A DNA stretch of 64,000 nucleotides, from the NCBI GenBank assembly GCA_000091205.1, contig AP006502.2. One strand, 5' to 3'. The notes beneath the pieces were generated by a model. It worked only from the letters and a program-made list of their open reading frames with translations, was not told the DNA's origin and did no database searches. The position numbers and the translations under genes are program-made. Below are positions 32,944 to 44,984 of this stretch, one piece after another; the stretch's first letter is position 1; every line of letters starts with the position of its first letter. This DNA is from Cyanidioschyzon merolae. Its lineage: Eukaryota.

Positions 32944-35900
32944 ATGCGTTTGTACACCCACGGGATGAAGGGTCAGCTTTATAGGTGCGAATCCGTGGAA
33001 CGAGAACACGCAGGCAAATGGAAGGCTGGGTGGCAACAGCTTCCGGGGCTTCTCGGCTTCATCCAGAGTACAAGCCGCCCGCATTGTAGCTCCCGTTGGC
33101 GGCGTGGACTGAAAGATCCGCGAAGATCCATCCGCTATGTTGGAACCGTAAGCACTGTTCGGCGGAGGCTCTTGTTGAGTACCGGTGGGGGCTCAGGTTC
33201 CGACGAGCAGGATCCAGGCCCCGAACCCGAGCAGCATAAAAAGAACCCGCTCAGGCAAGTTCTTGGCTATGCGGATACACGTGTTTTTAAGGATCCGTCG
33301 GGAAAGAAGATTGTGCACGGTGTTCGCGTACCCGAAACGGGCGAGTTCCTTCGTGTTCGCTATCCAGCACACGTGGAAATACCCGCGGTAGGCGAGCGAA
33401 TGTTGCTTCTCGGGCGCTTCTCTTCCGATGAGAACGGCACGGAGATTTTTGAGGTTCTCGACGTGCGGTTTGTATCTGACATGGAGGGCCCGTCGCGCCC
33501 CGTTTCGAATAACCGTCATGTTTGGGATTTTCGCCAAAACGGCCACGGCTTGCTTTCCCCGTACGCTCTGGTAGGAATGGAAAGGAACACGTCTGGCCCC
33601 GCCAGCAACGCCGACCAACAGAAAACCTCTAAGACACCTAACCCCGAAACAGCCAGCAATCCAGAAGGGCCTGCATCGAATCCTCCGGAGCGTCCTCGTG
33701 ACGAAAGCGAGCGCAAGTCCAGCGAGCCGTCAGCATCTCAGCCGTCCGACATCGCAGAACGTGTCAGCGCGCAAGCCGTTGAAGCAGAGCGTCCGTCGCA
33801 GAGCAGCCTCGTTCTGCATGGAGACACTGCAGGCAGCTCATCTGACACCAAAGCAAGCAATGTAGCAAGTAGCGAGCTCCCGCCAGCGCAAGAATCCCGG
33901 GAAGTCGAGCGTTCGACAATAGAGGGTACGATCAAGAGCATCCTCTACAGGAACGCGCAAAATGAATTCGTTGTATGCGTACTATCCACCGGTGAGAAAA
34001 TTATTGGATCTTGCGCAGAGGACGTGGACTTTCTCCTCAAACCGGGCGCACGCGTTCGCCTCCGAGGTGCATGGGTTACGCATCCAGTCTATGGCAAGCA
34101 GTTTCAAGCCGGAAAAATACGTGAGAGTGCGTTCATCGCCGAAAGCGAGCAAGACCAGGGACGTGTGTCGCTAGTGGCACTCAAATCGTATCTGGCATCC
34201 GGTGTTGTGAAAGGCGTGGGCGTTAAGATGGCCGAACGCATCATCAATCGCTTTGGTGAAAGCACACTCCACGTGCTGGACACTGACCCTGCCAACATGC
34301 TGACACAGGTCGAGGGAATCGGTCGCGTCCGAGCAGAGCAGATTGCGACTGCGTGGAGAGCCCAGGCGCCGTTGCGCGCCCTGATGCTCTTTCTGAGACC
34401 GTACGGCATCGGGCCTGCGATATGTAATCGCATTGCTCGTGCGTATGAGGGTGACCCCGATCCCATTGGCCGCATTCGACTGAACCCGTACCGACTTGTG
34501 GAGGACGTGCGTGGTGTCGGTTTCAGAACGGCGGACCAGATCGCTGCAGGCTTAGGTATAGATCCCGAGTCACCTGAACGGTACGCAGCTGGCCTCCTTA
34601 ACGTGCTTCAAACGGCAGAAAACCTTGAGGGCCATAGTTTTCTCCTGAAGAGCGATGCTTTTGACCGCGTACTCAGACTTCTTTTTGGAACCAACGCTGC
34701 TGCTTCCGATGATACGAACCTTGCGGAAAGGCAAGCGCGATTCTCACAAGCGGTTGAGGACCTGAAACGTCGTCAGGCGCTGGTTGTGAATAATATCGGT
34801 GGCGACGAGGAGCCTCACCTGCTGACACCGAGGATGGACAGAGCTGAGCGTGGGATCATAGAGCACTTGAGGCGGCTCTTCTTCCACTCGAGGAAGCCGA
34901 TCGACTCCAGCGAATCCGCACGGCGCGCAGTCGAAGGACACGTCAACCGCGAGCACATCCTTCGGTGGATTAACGTGAACTATCCGACGCTATCGGCGGC
35001 ACAGCGCGAAGCGGTCTGTGTTGCCGCCGAGCAGCCTATCATGATTCTCTCAGGTGGACCTGGTGTCGGCAAAACGCATACCGCTACGGCCATTGTGCAC
35101 ATGTGGCGTACGCTGCTCGGAATTGAGAACGTCCAGCTGACTGCCCCCACGGGCCGAGCTGCGAACCGCCTGGGCACTGCGGCCAATGTTTGGGGTAACG
35201 CGCGCTGTGCCACCATTCATCGGTGCCTTGAATGCGATAGGCAAGGGAGGTTTCTTCGAAACGAACACAATCAGCTCAATACGAAGGCAGTGATTGTCGA
35301 TGAATGCTCCATGATGGATGCCCTGCTGGCACATGCGCTCCTCCAGGCGATTCCGAACGGAGCACGCCTGGTCCTCATCGGTGACGCAGACCAGCTGCCA
35401 AGTGTAGGTCCAGGCCGTGTCTTTGCGGATCTTTGCGAAAGTAATGCGTTTCCCACGATATACCTTCAGGAAATCTTTCGACAGGCCCTCAAATCGATGA
35501 TTGTTCGTGTTGCGCACGAAGCCCGGAACGGCCGCTACCTCTCGATGCCCCGAGCAAAGACTCCCGCAGAGGCGCTAGAGCTTGGGCGGAAAACCGACCT
35601 GGTCTTTCTGGAAGCAGCTGATCCAGTGATAGGTCTGCAGTTCCTACTCGAGCTGTGCTGTGGTCGAGATAACGAGCCAGAGGGCGAACGCAAGCCCGTG
35701 CTCCCCTTTGACCCGCTCAAGGAGATCCAGGTCCTGTCGCCCGGACACCGTGGCGTCATAGGCGTGCGTAACCTGAACCTTGAACTGCAGAAACGCCTGA
35801 ATCCCACTCGACTGCCGCTCTCAAAGCAAGCACGGACGTCGGAAGTGTTTCTCCGCATCGGTGATCGGGTCGTGCAAAATATGAACAACTACGACAAGGG

Positions 35901-36309
35901 CGTTTTTAACGGAGAGGTCGGCACTGTGATGCACGTCCCCGACCTCGACGCGATCGACAGCGACAACGATCAGAGTAGCCAGCTTCTGGTGGAATTTCAG
36001 AACCACGACGACTGGGTCGCCTACGACTATCCCATGGAAGCCGCCGATCAGCTGCAGCTCGCCTGGGCCATGTCCGTGCATAAGGCCCAAGGCGGCGGCT
36101 ACCCGTGCGTTGTGATACCCATCTTTATGACACATTCGGCCCTGTTGACTCGGAACCTCTTCTACACGGCTATCACGCGAGCTCAAGAGTTATGTGTGGT
36201 TATCGGGAACCTGACGGCCATTCGGATGGCAATTCGTAATGAAATCACTACAAAGCGCAACACGAGCCTCCTGCAACGCCTTGATGAACTGGAACTCGAC
36301 GCGAAATAG
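32944..36309 (+). CDS. RecD2-type SF1B DNA helicase (bacterial-like architecture) with a long low-complexity N-terminal extension. The ORF is open from 32767 (TTG); the first ATG is at 32944.
   Basis: Tandem HhH region (KGVGVKMAERIINRFGESTLHVLDTDPANMLTQVEGIGRVRAEQIATAW...), Walker A GGPGVGKTH, motif II LVLIGDADQLPSVGPG, and C-terminal SVHKAQGGGYPCVVIP...YTAITRAQE. Confidence 0.8.
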   Translation: MRLYTHGMKGQLYRCESVEREHAGKWKAGWQQLPGLLGFIQSTSRPHCSSRWRRGLKDPRRSIRYVGTVSTVRRRLLLSTGGGSGSDEQDPGPEPEQHKKNPLRQVLGYADTRVFKDPSGKKIVHGVRVPETGEFLRVRYPAHVEIPAVGERMLLLGRFSSDENGTEIFEVLDVRFVSDMEGPSRPVSNNRHVWDFRQNGHGLLSPYALVGMERNTSGPASNADQQKTSKTPNPETASNPEGPASNPPERPRDESERKSSEPSASQPSDIAERVSAQAVEAERPSQSSLVLHGDTAGSSSDTKASNVASSELPPAQESREVERSTIEGTIKSILYRNAQNEFVVCVLSTGEKIIGSCAEDVDFLLKPGARVRLRGAWVTHPVYGKQFQAGKIRESAFIAESEQDQGRVSLVALKSYLASGVVKGVGVKMAERIINRFGESTLHVLDTDPANMLTQVEGIGRVRAEQIATAWRAQAPLRALMLFLRPYGIGPAICNRIARAYEGDPDPIGRIRLNPYRLVEDVRGVGFRTADQIAAGLGIDPESPERYAAGLLNVLQTAENLEGHSFLLKSDAFDRVLRLLFGTNAAASDDTNLAERQARFSQAVEDLKRRQALVVNNIGGDEEPHLLTPRMDRAERGIIEHLRRLFFHSRKPIDSSESARRAVEGHVNREHILRWINVNYPTLSAAQREAVCVAAEQPIMILSGGPGVGKTHTATAIVHMWRTLLGIENVQLTAPTGRAANRLGTAANVWGNARCATIHRCLECDRQGRFLRNEHNQLNTKAVIVDECSMMDALLAHALLQAIPNGARLVLIGDADQLPSVGPGRVFADLCESNAFPTIYLQEIFRQALKSMIVRVAHEARNGRYLSMPRAKTPAEALELGRKTDLVFLEAADPVIGLQFLLELCCGRDNEPEGERKPVLPFDPLKEIQVLSPGHRGVIGVRNLNLELQKRLNPTRLPLSKQARTSEVFLRIGDRVVQNMNNYDKGVFNGEVGTVMHVPDLDAIDSDNDQSSQLLVEFQNHDDWVAYDYPMEAADQLQLAWAMSVHKAQGGGYPCVVIPIFMTHSALLTRNLFYTAITRAQELCVVIGNLTAIRMAIRNEITTKRNTSLLQRLDELELDAK

Positions 36310-36751
36310 ACCACACAGCGAAGATCTCCGATTTAAAAGATAAAATCCTTGATGAGCTTGATCACGAGTCCAAGAGCGGTTTCTATGACGTCGATGGCAT
36401 ACCGGCAGGCTGGGAGCACACAGCGGTCCCGTTGATGCACGAACACCACAGGCGCCGCGGAACGTCTCGCCGCACAACGTCGAGCGCGCGTTCTACCGGC
36501 AACATGAAACACCTGACGAACGTCAAAGGAAATCATGCGCTGGTGCTGCGGCTCGGCAGCTGGATCTGTACCAGTGGTGGTGCCGCGTAGCACGCCGTAC
36601 GCGGTCCACGACTGGTGGCGAGCGTGCGGAAGCGAGCGAGCGTTAAACCGCCCAAAGGACTGCGTCTGCGTAACGCCTCCAGGGGCACTAGACCTCACGC
36701 CCACAATTACCAAGTTTCAGCAGTCCCGTTTATGAAAGTCAGCGCGTACCC

Positions 36752-37558
36752 CTAGAACCGCTTCTTCTTCTTGGGTTTGTCCATGGACCAGGGTTGCAGA
36801 CCTATCTTGGGGTAGTGGTCCTCGGCGCGACTAAAAATGCGCAAAACCGCCCGCACAACGTCGTCCAAACGTGCCTCTTTTCCCGTTACAGGTATGGTCA
36901 CTTTCTCCGCAACCTCGTTACCGGGGAGGTTTTTAGAGGCCTCGCTCAGTGCCTGCAGGTTCGTGATGACGTCGTTGAGCTCCTTGACATCCTTCATCAA
37001 CTCGTCCCGGATCAACCGCGTGCGCTCCAGAAGCGCGTCGAGATCCTCGATAGAGCACCCACTCTCTAGGCAAATCTGCGCCTGCTTCCGAACGGTCAAA
37101 CGCTCCTGATCGTCGACAGACATGCGCAGTGCAGCGGAGGCGAGTGTGAATCGGGACGACGTTCCACGGCGCGTGAGCTGCGACAGCGCACAAGTTGTAG
37201 CGTTCACCCTCGGGCGCACGAACGTCAGTCCTGTACTAGGAGTCAGTTGGAAGCACAACATAGTTCCCAGCAGCGGAGCCACAACGACAGCGTTATACGA
37301 AGCGCCTGCTCTGACGACGTCGACGATCATGTACGAGATCCGAGGGCGTCGTCTCGGGGCGAGAGGCGACGCGAGTCGCGCGCACACCACCGCCGCCGCG
37401 GCGCTGCAGCGGCAGGCAGCACAGCGCGCTCCGTATCTGCGTGCCGCTGCGGCGCTGCGATGCCGCTGCAGGCACCACCAGCGTGTGCCAGGCGGATCAG
37501 CAGCGGCGCCCTGCGCAACGTGTCTTCCATATGGTGCGTTCGCCCGGGTACGATCCAT
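36752..37558 (-). CDS. Hypothetical protein (268 aa, ATG start). Ala/Arg-rich N-terminus, coiled-coil-like C-terminus ending KPKKKKRF.
   Basis: ORF with a plausible ATG start. No domain recognised. Confidence 0.3.
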   Translation of the reverse strand: MDRTRANAPYGRHVAQGAAADPPGTRWWCLQRHRSAAAARRYGARCAACRCSAAAAVVCARLASPLAPRRRPRISYMIVDVVRAGASYNAVVVAPLLGTMLCFQLTPSTGLTFVRPRVNATTCALSQLTRRGTSSRFTLASAALRMSVDDQERLTVRKQAQICLESGCSIEDLDALLERTRLIRDELMKDVKELNDVITNLQALSEASKNLPGNEVAEKVTIPVTGKEARLDDVVRAVLRIFSRAEDHYPKIGLQPWSMDKPKKKKRF

Positions 37559-38534
37559 GCGTCTAGCGAGTATCCCTTGTACTCAGATTTTCTGGATGTT
37601 GTCAGCGATGAGAGACGCTTTTCTTATTTAGATAGTTCTACGTTCCGCAAGGCACGGATCTGTGGTCTCGTCGGAACTGGGGAAAACGCTGTGTTCAAGC
37701 AGATAGATCGTGTGTCGGTCTTCTGTTAGCCTCTCGTTGGGCATGTGATCGAATCCTGATCGCGCGCGCGCGCGTGCTTAACAGGTAGGCCCAAACCTGT
37801 GGAGATGCGTTGACCGGTGACCGACACAGGCTTGTGTTCAGCTGCTGGACGATGTGGCAGCATGGGCGCTCTTTCGACTGGGAAAAGAGGGATGCGTGTC
37901 GGAGGAACGCAGTCTCGTGTAGATACACCCGTTGCTTCTGGAGGCTGCAGTATAGTCCAGCGCCGCGTGCTGGTCGTTTTCGTGGACGGGGCTGTACGGG
38001 GCTCGGAAATTGTCCACCAGTCGCTGTGTTTGTGCGATCGTGCGCATTTGCTAGGGAAGGAAGCGGATCATCGGGGGCACGGGCCGTGTCGATCGCGAGT
38101 CGATTTCAGGACATGCGAACACCCGCCCAGAACTTTCATGAATAAACCAGTCTTCATGTGCGAGCTCGGAGCGTCTAGCAGACACCCGGCCTCTATTCAG
38201 ATCGGGGCACGAGCCGTGTCGAAGTGATGCAGGGCTGCAGTCTCGTTCCGCTGACCCGCACCACGACCCGCGAGCAGCATCCATCACGGGAGCGCTTCTC
38301 AAGCCGACGCCTCCAGAGGTACGGCAGGCACTCGTCGCTCAATAGAACGTACGAAACGACCGATCCGTCTGAGAAGAAGTATGGGGAATGGAACTTGGGT
38401 GCATCGCAATGGGGGCGTTTTCGGAATGCCAGCAGCCATTCCTGCGATCTGCGAGACGCGAGCGCAATGATCTCGCAGCGCGCAGCGCATTGGGCGAGCG
38501 CTGCAGTTCGTGAATCCGAGTCGCTCGAAGCGTC

Positions 38535-39509
38535 TTGGGCGAAGCACTTGCCACGGAACCTATGCGAGCGACTTTTAAGTCAACCGCCTTTCTGCAAGTC
38601 TACGGTGGTGGTACGACTCCCTGCAGTAATCGTCACAGGCTGAGGCGACAGACTTGGACTTTGGGCCGACGGCGATCTGGCTACAAGTGCGCCTCCGTTG
38701 CAGCGCTCTCGCTCACACAGCGGACTGAGTACTCTCGGAGAGAACTTCTTCGAGCTTTTTCATTGTTGCCGGCAACCGCTGTCTTTGCCTATACGGCAGC
38801 GATGACCGTGCAGCAGGCAGCTGCAGCTGTCGCGCCGTCGACGACTGGTGCACCGGCAACCGCACCCAAGACGGGTGCTGAGATACCAGTCGCACCGTTG
38901 CCGTATCCATATAATGCCCTTGAGCCGGTCATTGACGCCAAGACGATGCGTCTGCACCATGATAAGCATTTTGCGGGATACGTGAGCAAGACGAATGCGG
39001 CGCTCAACGAGGAGCAGCGGAGGACGTTTCCGGCGATCCTGAGCCGGCTCTCGACGATATCGGATCGGGCGTTGCGCGAGACTGTGCGGAACCAGGGTGG
39101 CGGCGCCATAAACCACCGTATTTTCTTTCAGACCATGCGCGCACCGGTAGCGGATGCCCAGAAGAATGTTCCGGACGGTGCCCTTGGTGATGCTATAGCG
39201 CGGCAGTTTGGATCGTTTGAAGCTTTCCAGAAGGAATTCAGCCGGGCCGCGAAATCGTTGTTTGGTTCCGGTTGGATTTGGCTGTTCGAGCTTGGCAACT
39301 CAACGCGCCGAGAGTTGCGGATTGGGACCTTTGCGAACCAGGACTCGCCGCTCATGCAGGGCAATTTGCCGCTGCTCGGTCTCGATGTCTGGGAGCACGC
39401 CTACTATTTACGCTACGGACCCGATCGAGGTGCTTACGTCGATGCCTGGTGGCGAGTCGTGAACTGGCCTGCTGTGGCCAGAATCTTCGAGTCCCGTCAG
39501 CTGCCGTAG
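38535..39509 (+). CDS. Fe/Mn-family superoxide dismutase with a ~130-aa N-terminal extension. The ORF is open from 38535 (non-ATG). Internal ATGs, for example at ~38562, may be the true start. Possible targeting presequence.
   Basis: PYPYNALEPVIDAKTMRLHHDKHFAGYV, FGSGWIWL and DVWEHAYYLRYGPDRGAYVDAWWRVVNW are canonical Fe/Mn-SOD motifs. Confidence 0.8.
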   Translation: MGEALATEPMRATFKSTAFLQVYGGGTTPCSNRHRLRRQTWTLGRRRSGYKCASVAALSLTQRTEYSRRELLRAFSLLPATAVFAYTAAMTVQQAAAAVAPSTTGAPATAPKTGAEIPVAPLPYPYNALEPVIDAKTMRLHHDKHFAGYVSKTNAALNEEQRRTFPAILSRLSTISDRALRETVRNQGGGAINHRIFFQTMRAPVADAQKNVPDGALGDAIARQFGSFEAFQKEFSRAAKSLFGSGWIWLFELGNSTRRELRIGTFANQDSPLMQGNLPLLGLDVWEHAYYLRYGPDRGAYVDAWWRVVNWPAVARIFESRQLP

Positions 39510-42500
39510 CGCGGCGACGAGTTGGCGCTCGAAGCGCGTGGGACTTTGATTGACTTGTTCACGAGGAAACGCTTACGGCTACACAGCGGGGCTAGCAATG
39601 AAAGACGCCCAGCGGTCAGCCGCGTAGGTGGTCGTCTTCGTGCAGCAGCTACGAAAGACGGCTTGCTGGTCGAGTGTGCCAAAGCGCACCGTGCAAGAAC
39701 GCCGGAACGACGAAGCAACTGCAGGGCGGCAAGATATAGCGTCCTGAGGTGCACCGGCGCTCGTCAAGCCGGTGCCAACGAGCGCAATCTTCAATAAGGC
39801 CCCCGTATAGCACCCGCGCAAACTTTCGCTAAGCGCTTCGAGAATATGAGAGATGTTTGGGCTTGCGCTGCTGCACAGCGGCTCGATGCGGAACGCGTTC
39901 TGTGCGCAACGAACATCGCCTCGCTGCACACGGAAAGAACAACGAATCCAAAAGATGTAGCGAACTGAACGTGATCCATGCGAATATTAACAAACTAAAA
40001 TGATGCTAGATGGATGACACAGCGCGCAGAGGCTGCATCGCCAGGGCCGTTGCGCGCTACGTATCCGGGTAGCGAGGTCCGGGGAAATCGAAACGATGTC
40101 TTCCGTCCCTGGAAGCGTACGGGGTATAACCCGCCGCTGGGGCGCGGCTTATACCCAGTTGGACATCAAAAGGGACGCGTCCGATGAGATAACTCGGGCG
40201 AACACGCGGACGCTTGGTTCACTTGCCACTTCTGATGAACACCAGCCTATGTAGGCATTTTCTGCTACTGCTTCCGATGGATCTCTCTGATTTCAGGTCT
40301 TAAATGCGCAGATCTGCCACATGCCTCCAGCTCTGTAGTCAACCGTCGAAGGGTACTGGCGGCGGCTTTGAGGTCCCGATTTCGCAGCTTCCGGCTCTTG
40401 GCGACGCATTTGATGCATAGACGGGCGTGCCGATCGACACTTTGCTCCGATTTATCAATTGCTTTGTATACAGCTTCAATGCACCTTTCGCAGCGTTCAC
40501 AGTGAGCTTTGGTCAGGTGTTTTCATATGTCCATGACGCTGCTTCTTCCTGCTCCGAGCGTTCGCAAGTCGTGCATGAACGCGTGCTTCTCTGCTCGATC
40601 TATGCCTTTGCCGGGCACAGAATGCTCCGCTCGGTACCGTTTGCAATTCGGCATTCGGTGATGTCGCCGAAGATCACGAGCTTCGTCTGGGCATTCCCGT
40701 CGGCGAGTATGCTGTTCGCTGCACGCTCGGGCGTGTGCCTCTTCACTCGATAACTCAAGATCCGCTACCTCGTACGCGCTTCGTTTTCCGCGCACGCTTC
40801 CCATAGGACATGACGATGAGCGTGACGGACTCTGAGGCACCTGAACCACTCGTGGGCATCGTGTCCATACGTTCCACCGGCGTACAACAATGCGGACAAG
40901 GCTTCTGGGGCTCCCTTCTGCTTCGCGCACTCATCGGGCCACTCTGTCATTCGTTTATCTCCGCAAACACGAAGATGAGAGGCGCGCGAATACACCTCAC
41001 CATTGTTGGGGCAAGTCGGACGACTGGAAACTCGTTGCTCAAACCCGTTGCCGATAACCGCAAGTGGTCGGATTACTCTTCGGATCTCACGCAAAAGCAA
41101 GCGTAGAGGTTCTCTCTCCCTTCAGTCAGGCTTGTGCAGATCACATTGAAAGAAAACCAGTTCGCGAGACAATGCATCCGTATTGCTCGTTGTTCCTCCG
41201 TAAATTTCCTGTTCTGAGCAGGGGCACGTCTGGCCTCAGACAGATCCTTAAGCCTGCGGGATCTTCGCAGTTGCTGACGATGGATACGCTTGCGCTGGTG
41301 GTCTCGGCGGAGGACACGACGTCTCCTCGTGGTCGTGGTACTGACCTCTCGTTGCTCCGTTTCTCCTTCCCATTCGTAATTTCCCTCGCCTTTTGCCGCC
41401 AATTGTTCTTACAGCGGTTCGTGAGCGCCTTCGAATGTACTAGCGAAAGGTGCATAGTTCGCTTCATACCGTCCTTGGTCTTCATTCGCTGCGCATCTTT
41501 TTCGACACGCATGCTCCCCGATGGACGCCTCTGTCCTGCCGTTGGACGGGCAAACCCGTCCACAACGAATGAAAAAACAGAAAGATCGAGAACATGAAGA
41601 ATTTGTATTTAAAGACCGCTAAAATGAATCAATGAAGAAGCGTCAAGGCTTGTACGCGTGCATTGAATAATGGAGTCGAATACGTTGCGAACCCGCGGTC
41701 GCGGGCCTCGTGTGTCATCTTGATGACGGTTGCGTAACGAATTCCAATCGAAGAGCGTGTAAAGAACTACTCGGAAAAGTCGCTCAAGACTCCAAAAATC
41801 GGCCTATGAACCTATAAGCGCTCGTCACCAAACTTGCAGTGTCGAGCCTCTGCACCTAGGAAAAGTTCGGAGAAGCATCGCAAAGCACGAACGTAGCGTC
41901 CAGTTCGGCGCCCGTATACCCAATTGGACACGACTCAGATCTGTCAGGTTTGATCCATGAAATCCAATCTTCAACGCTTTCTCACGGTACACGCCAAGGC
42001 GTCAAGCTGGTACCGCGGGCATCGCGCGCGGTAGCCCAGCGCCCTGCACCGCGGCACGCCAGCGAGGCGCTGGTGGCAGTGCGCTGCTGCCTACGTGAGG
42101 CGGCGGCTGCACCGCTGCACCCGTTGGGCTGCGCGATCGGCATTGCAGCGAGCGCCCATTATCGGTGCGGACGCGCGCGCGCGCACACGCATTCGCCAGG
42201 GTGCCACGAGCCGGTGTTACCGAGTACCGGTGCGGCGACTCGACGCTTGTACTGAAGCCTTCGTATAGGCGCGCGAAGTGAACCAGGCCGATTCAGCCCA
42301 TATATCGCGTAACCTTGGCCTCGGTCACTGCTTTTTTTCGGTCTCTAGGGGCAGTGGTGAGAGCGGAAATACGACGTTCGCGGGCTGCTCGCAAGCGTTC
42401 GAGCGTTTGCGCTGCGTGCCTCGCCCAGCAAAGCGCGCACACCAAGCCGTGAGCACCGCCCCTCGGAGGTGATCATTAGCACTGCGCTTCCAATTCTACG

Positions 42501-42797
42501 CAATTTGGTTTGAAAGCGTGCGAATTGAGGCGAAAAGAGCGACACTCGAGGTAACCAGTGACTTGTTATTCTAGGGACCGCGCGACGGAACCGACGCAAC
42601 TCTTGCAGCGAACTCGTGCCGAACGGCTTTAATTGCGGACGTGCTACGCACGCAACGACTGGGGACGCTCTCCTTTCAGTTGGTGGATAAATTCGAGTGC
42701 TGAGCGACTGGGTTTTGTCACATTGTTTGTGAACTCGTCGACGTGTGCGTTCAAGTGGCGAGACACGAAGCTACCTCTGCACATACGCACGCATACC

Positions 42798-44168
42798 ATG
42801 CGGCAATTCATACCAGTGATTCACGGCTCGTTGGACTGGATTGCTTTGGAGGCATGCTCGCTCGCCTCACTGAAACCGGTCACATTACCACATCAGCGGC
42901 ATCGTGAGCCGGCTGCAGCGGTTGAACTGCATCCAAGCGCCGCAAAATTGTACAACTATTGCAGATTCAATGGAATCCCCGGTAAGCAGCTGGATTCCGT
43001 ACCAGAAGGCGCAAGCGTCGCTGAAGAGGCCCATGTCGCTGTATACTTGCAGCCGATAACGCCAGTGACGGGCGAGAGGCATCGTGCCCGTGCACCGCTT
43101 CTTGTGGACTCGCCGCACTCTGGAAGAATCTATCCGGTCGACTTTGAATTCTATCCGGAATTCACCAAGCTCCGCCGAGGCGAGGACGCCTACGTCGACC
43201 GTCTGGTCGCGCCTGCGTTGCACAGTGGCGCTACCGTAATCGCTGCTCTCTTCCCTCGAACCTATATTGACGTGAATCGGCACGAGAACGACATCGATGT
43301 GGAGCTGCTAGCCTCGCCATGGCCGTACCCAGTGAGGCCTTCCGAGAAAACCGCTCGTGGTCTGGGTTTGTTGCGGCGCTATGTGATTCCCGGCGAGCCG
43401 GTTTACGCCCCCGGGAAGCGTTTAACAGTCGAACAAGTTCACCATCGTATTGTATCTTATTTTGAGCCCTATCTGACCCTAGTCGCGAACGCGATAGATG
43501 CTCTCCACTCCGAGTTCGGTGTTGTCTACCATCTAGACGTACACTCGATGAAATCCAGGGGAAATGCCATGACGCCGGATGGTGCTGGCGCTTCGCGTCC
43601 CGATGTTGTGGTCGGTGACCTGCGCGGCCTGGCATGCGAACCAGAATTTACGCAGTTTGTCGTACAAGCGCTCGAGGCCGAGGGCCTTAGCGTCAGTGTC
43701 AATAAGCCGTATGCTGGTGCCGGCATTCTACGGCGATTTGGAGCACCTCAGGATGGAGTACACTGTCTGCAAATAGAACTGAATCGAGCGCTCTATCTGG
43801 ACGAGGAGCAGGTGGAATGCCTGAGCGATGGCCGATTTGAGCGGCTGCAGAGCGCGCTCGCTCGCGTCTTTGCACGCGTTGCTGACTGGACGCTGAAGCG
43901 TGCCGCAGAGGAAATGGGCAAGCCGATCTCAGAGCAGGACACGGAAGCGGACTTTGTGCGCCGCGTACTTCCGTCCGTCGCGCGGCGCTTGCGCAGCTCG
44001 GGAATGCGCGTCTCGGCGAGCCTTCTGGAGCCACTGCTGCTTGGCGATGCCGACGGGGGTCATGAGTCGGACCCTGACTCCAATGACAGTCTCGACAGTG
44101 ATTACGAGCAAGAACCGGAGATTTCGGAGAAGCAATCCCCAAAAGGCTTGTACTGCATCCCTTCCTGA
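42798..44168 (+). CDS. N-formylglutamate amidohydrolase (FGase) family protein with an acidic C-terminal tail. The ORF is open from 42633 (TTG); the first ATG is at 42798.
   Basis: LLVDSPHSGRIYP, YIDVNRHENDID and VVYHLDVHSM are characteristic of the FGase/HutG-like family. Confidence 0.65.
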   Translation: MRQFIPVIHGSLDWIALEACSLASLKPVTLPHQRHREPAAAVELHPSAAKLYNYCRFNGIPGKQLDSVPEGASVAEEAHVAVYLQPITPVTGERHRARAPLLVDSPHSGRIYPVDFEFYPEFTKLRRGEDAYVDRLVAPALHSGATVIAALFPRTYIDVNRHENDIDVELLASPWPYPVRPSEKTARGLGLLRRYVIPGEPVYAPGKRLTVEQVHHRIVSYFEPYLTLVANAIDALHSEFGVVYHLDVHSMKSRGNAMTPDGAGASRPDVVVGDLRGLACEPEFTQFVVQALEAEGLSVSVNKPYAGAGILRRFGAPQDGVHCLQIELNRALYLDEEQVECLSDGRFERLQSALARVFARVADWTLKRAAEEMGKPISEQDTEADFVRRVLPSVARRLRSSGMRVSASLLEPLLLGDADGGHESDPDSNDSLDSDYEQEPEISEKQSPKGLYCIPS

Positions 44169-44726
44169 CGGCGGACGCTTCGCTTCCACTGTTGAAGCGC
44201 CGGATACAGGCATCGTGGTGGACACCTACCGGTGCCGGTGTTTGACGTGGATGGCGCAGCGGCAGCTCTGGAAGTCGTCGTACACGGGACTGCTGCCGCG
44301 CTCGCACCAGGGCGCTGTCCGACGAGTGCACCGCGTCTGCTGGAAGTGGCGGGCTACTCGCTTTGCGCCGGGCGCTCATCGTAAACGCGTGCTTACAAAC
44401 AAACAAAAGAACGATACAGACGTGCCTTTTACCTCTCTGTCCGACGTACCGAGCAGTTGGACCAGCGCATTCGCACGCAACCTGAGACCTGCCTTGATAA
44501 AAGCCGTGTCGCACGCAGGTCTGCGAAGTTCCAGCACGGAGCTATCCCGATGCTATCGTTCCATGTGCTGGTACTGGAAGCTGTTTGTGGCAGCAACCAG
44601 AACGTCTCGGGTGCCAGTGTATATGTGGTAGTCTGGTCAGGGGTTTCGCGCGGAGGTACTTATTCAAAGTGCCTCCTTAACCCACGAATGACCACATGAC
44701 GACTATTCGGAAAACGAGCGCAAGCC

Positions 44727-44915
44727 TCAAAGCGTCTGGGCGTTGGGACCACGCTTCCTCCCTGGCCCCGTGGCGACGTTCACAAAACGGCGGTTGTACT
44801 TTGCTCTCAGGTTCGCTCTTCCGCGGGGCTTTTTAGGTTTCTCCTGCTTCGCCACTTTCGGGGTTTGTGCCTTGACCTTACCCGCACGCGCCAGTGATCC
44901 GTGAACCTTACCCAT
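44727..44915 (-). CDS. RPS30: 40S ribosomal protein eS30 (Fau-like).
   Basis: [60 protein letters not shown] has near-full-length identity to eS30. ATG start. Confidence 0.85.
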   Translation of the reverse strand: MGKVHGSLARAGKVKAQTPKVAKQEKPKKPRGRANLRAKYNRRFVNVATGPGRKRGPNAQTL

Positions 44916-44984
44916 TTTGTAGCGAGTTCCAGTGCGCTAACCAACTATACTCGAGTGCCACAAAACCTGCGCGATAGCGCAACG

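Noticed and set aside
40141-41936. Shared 16-nt motif TATACCCARTTGGACA at ~40150 and ~41915, flanking a 1.75-kb ORF-less segment. A possible pair of element ends.
   Set aside because: A 15/16 match is expected dozens of times by chance in a 64-kb self-comparison on both strands. No extended homology or inverted structure around it.
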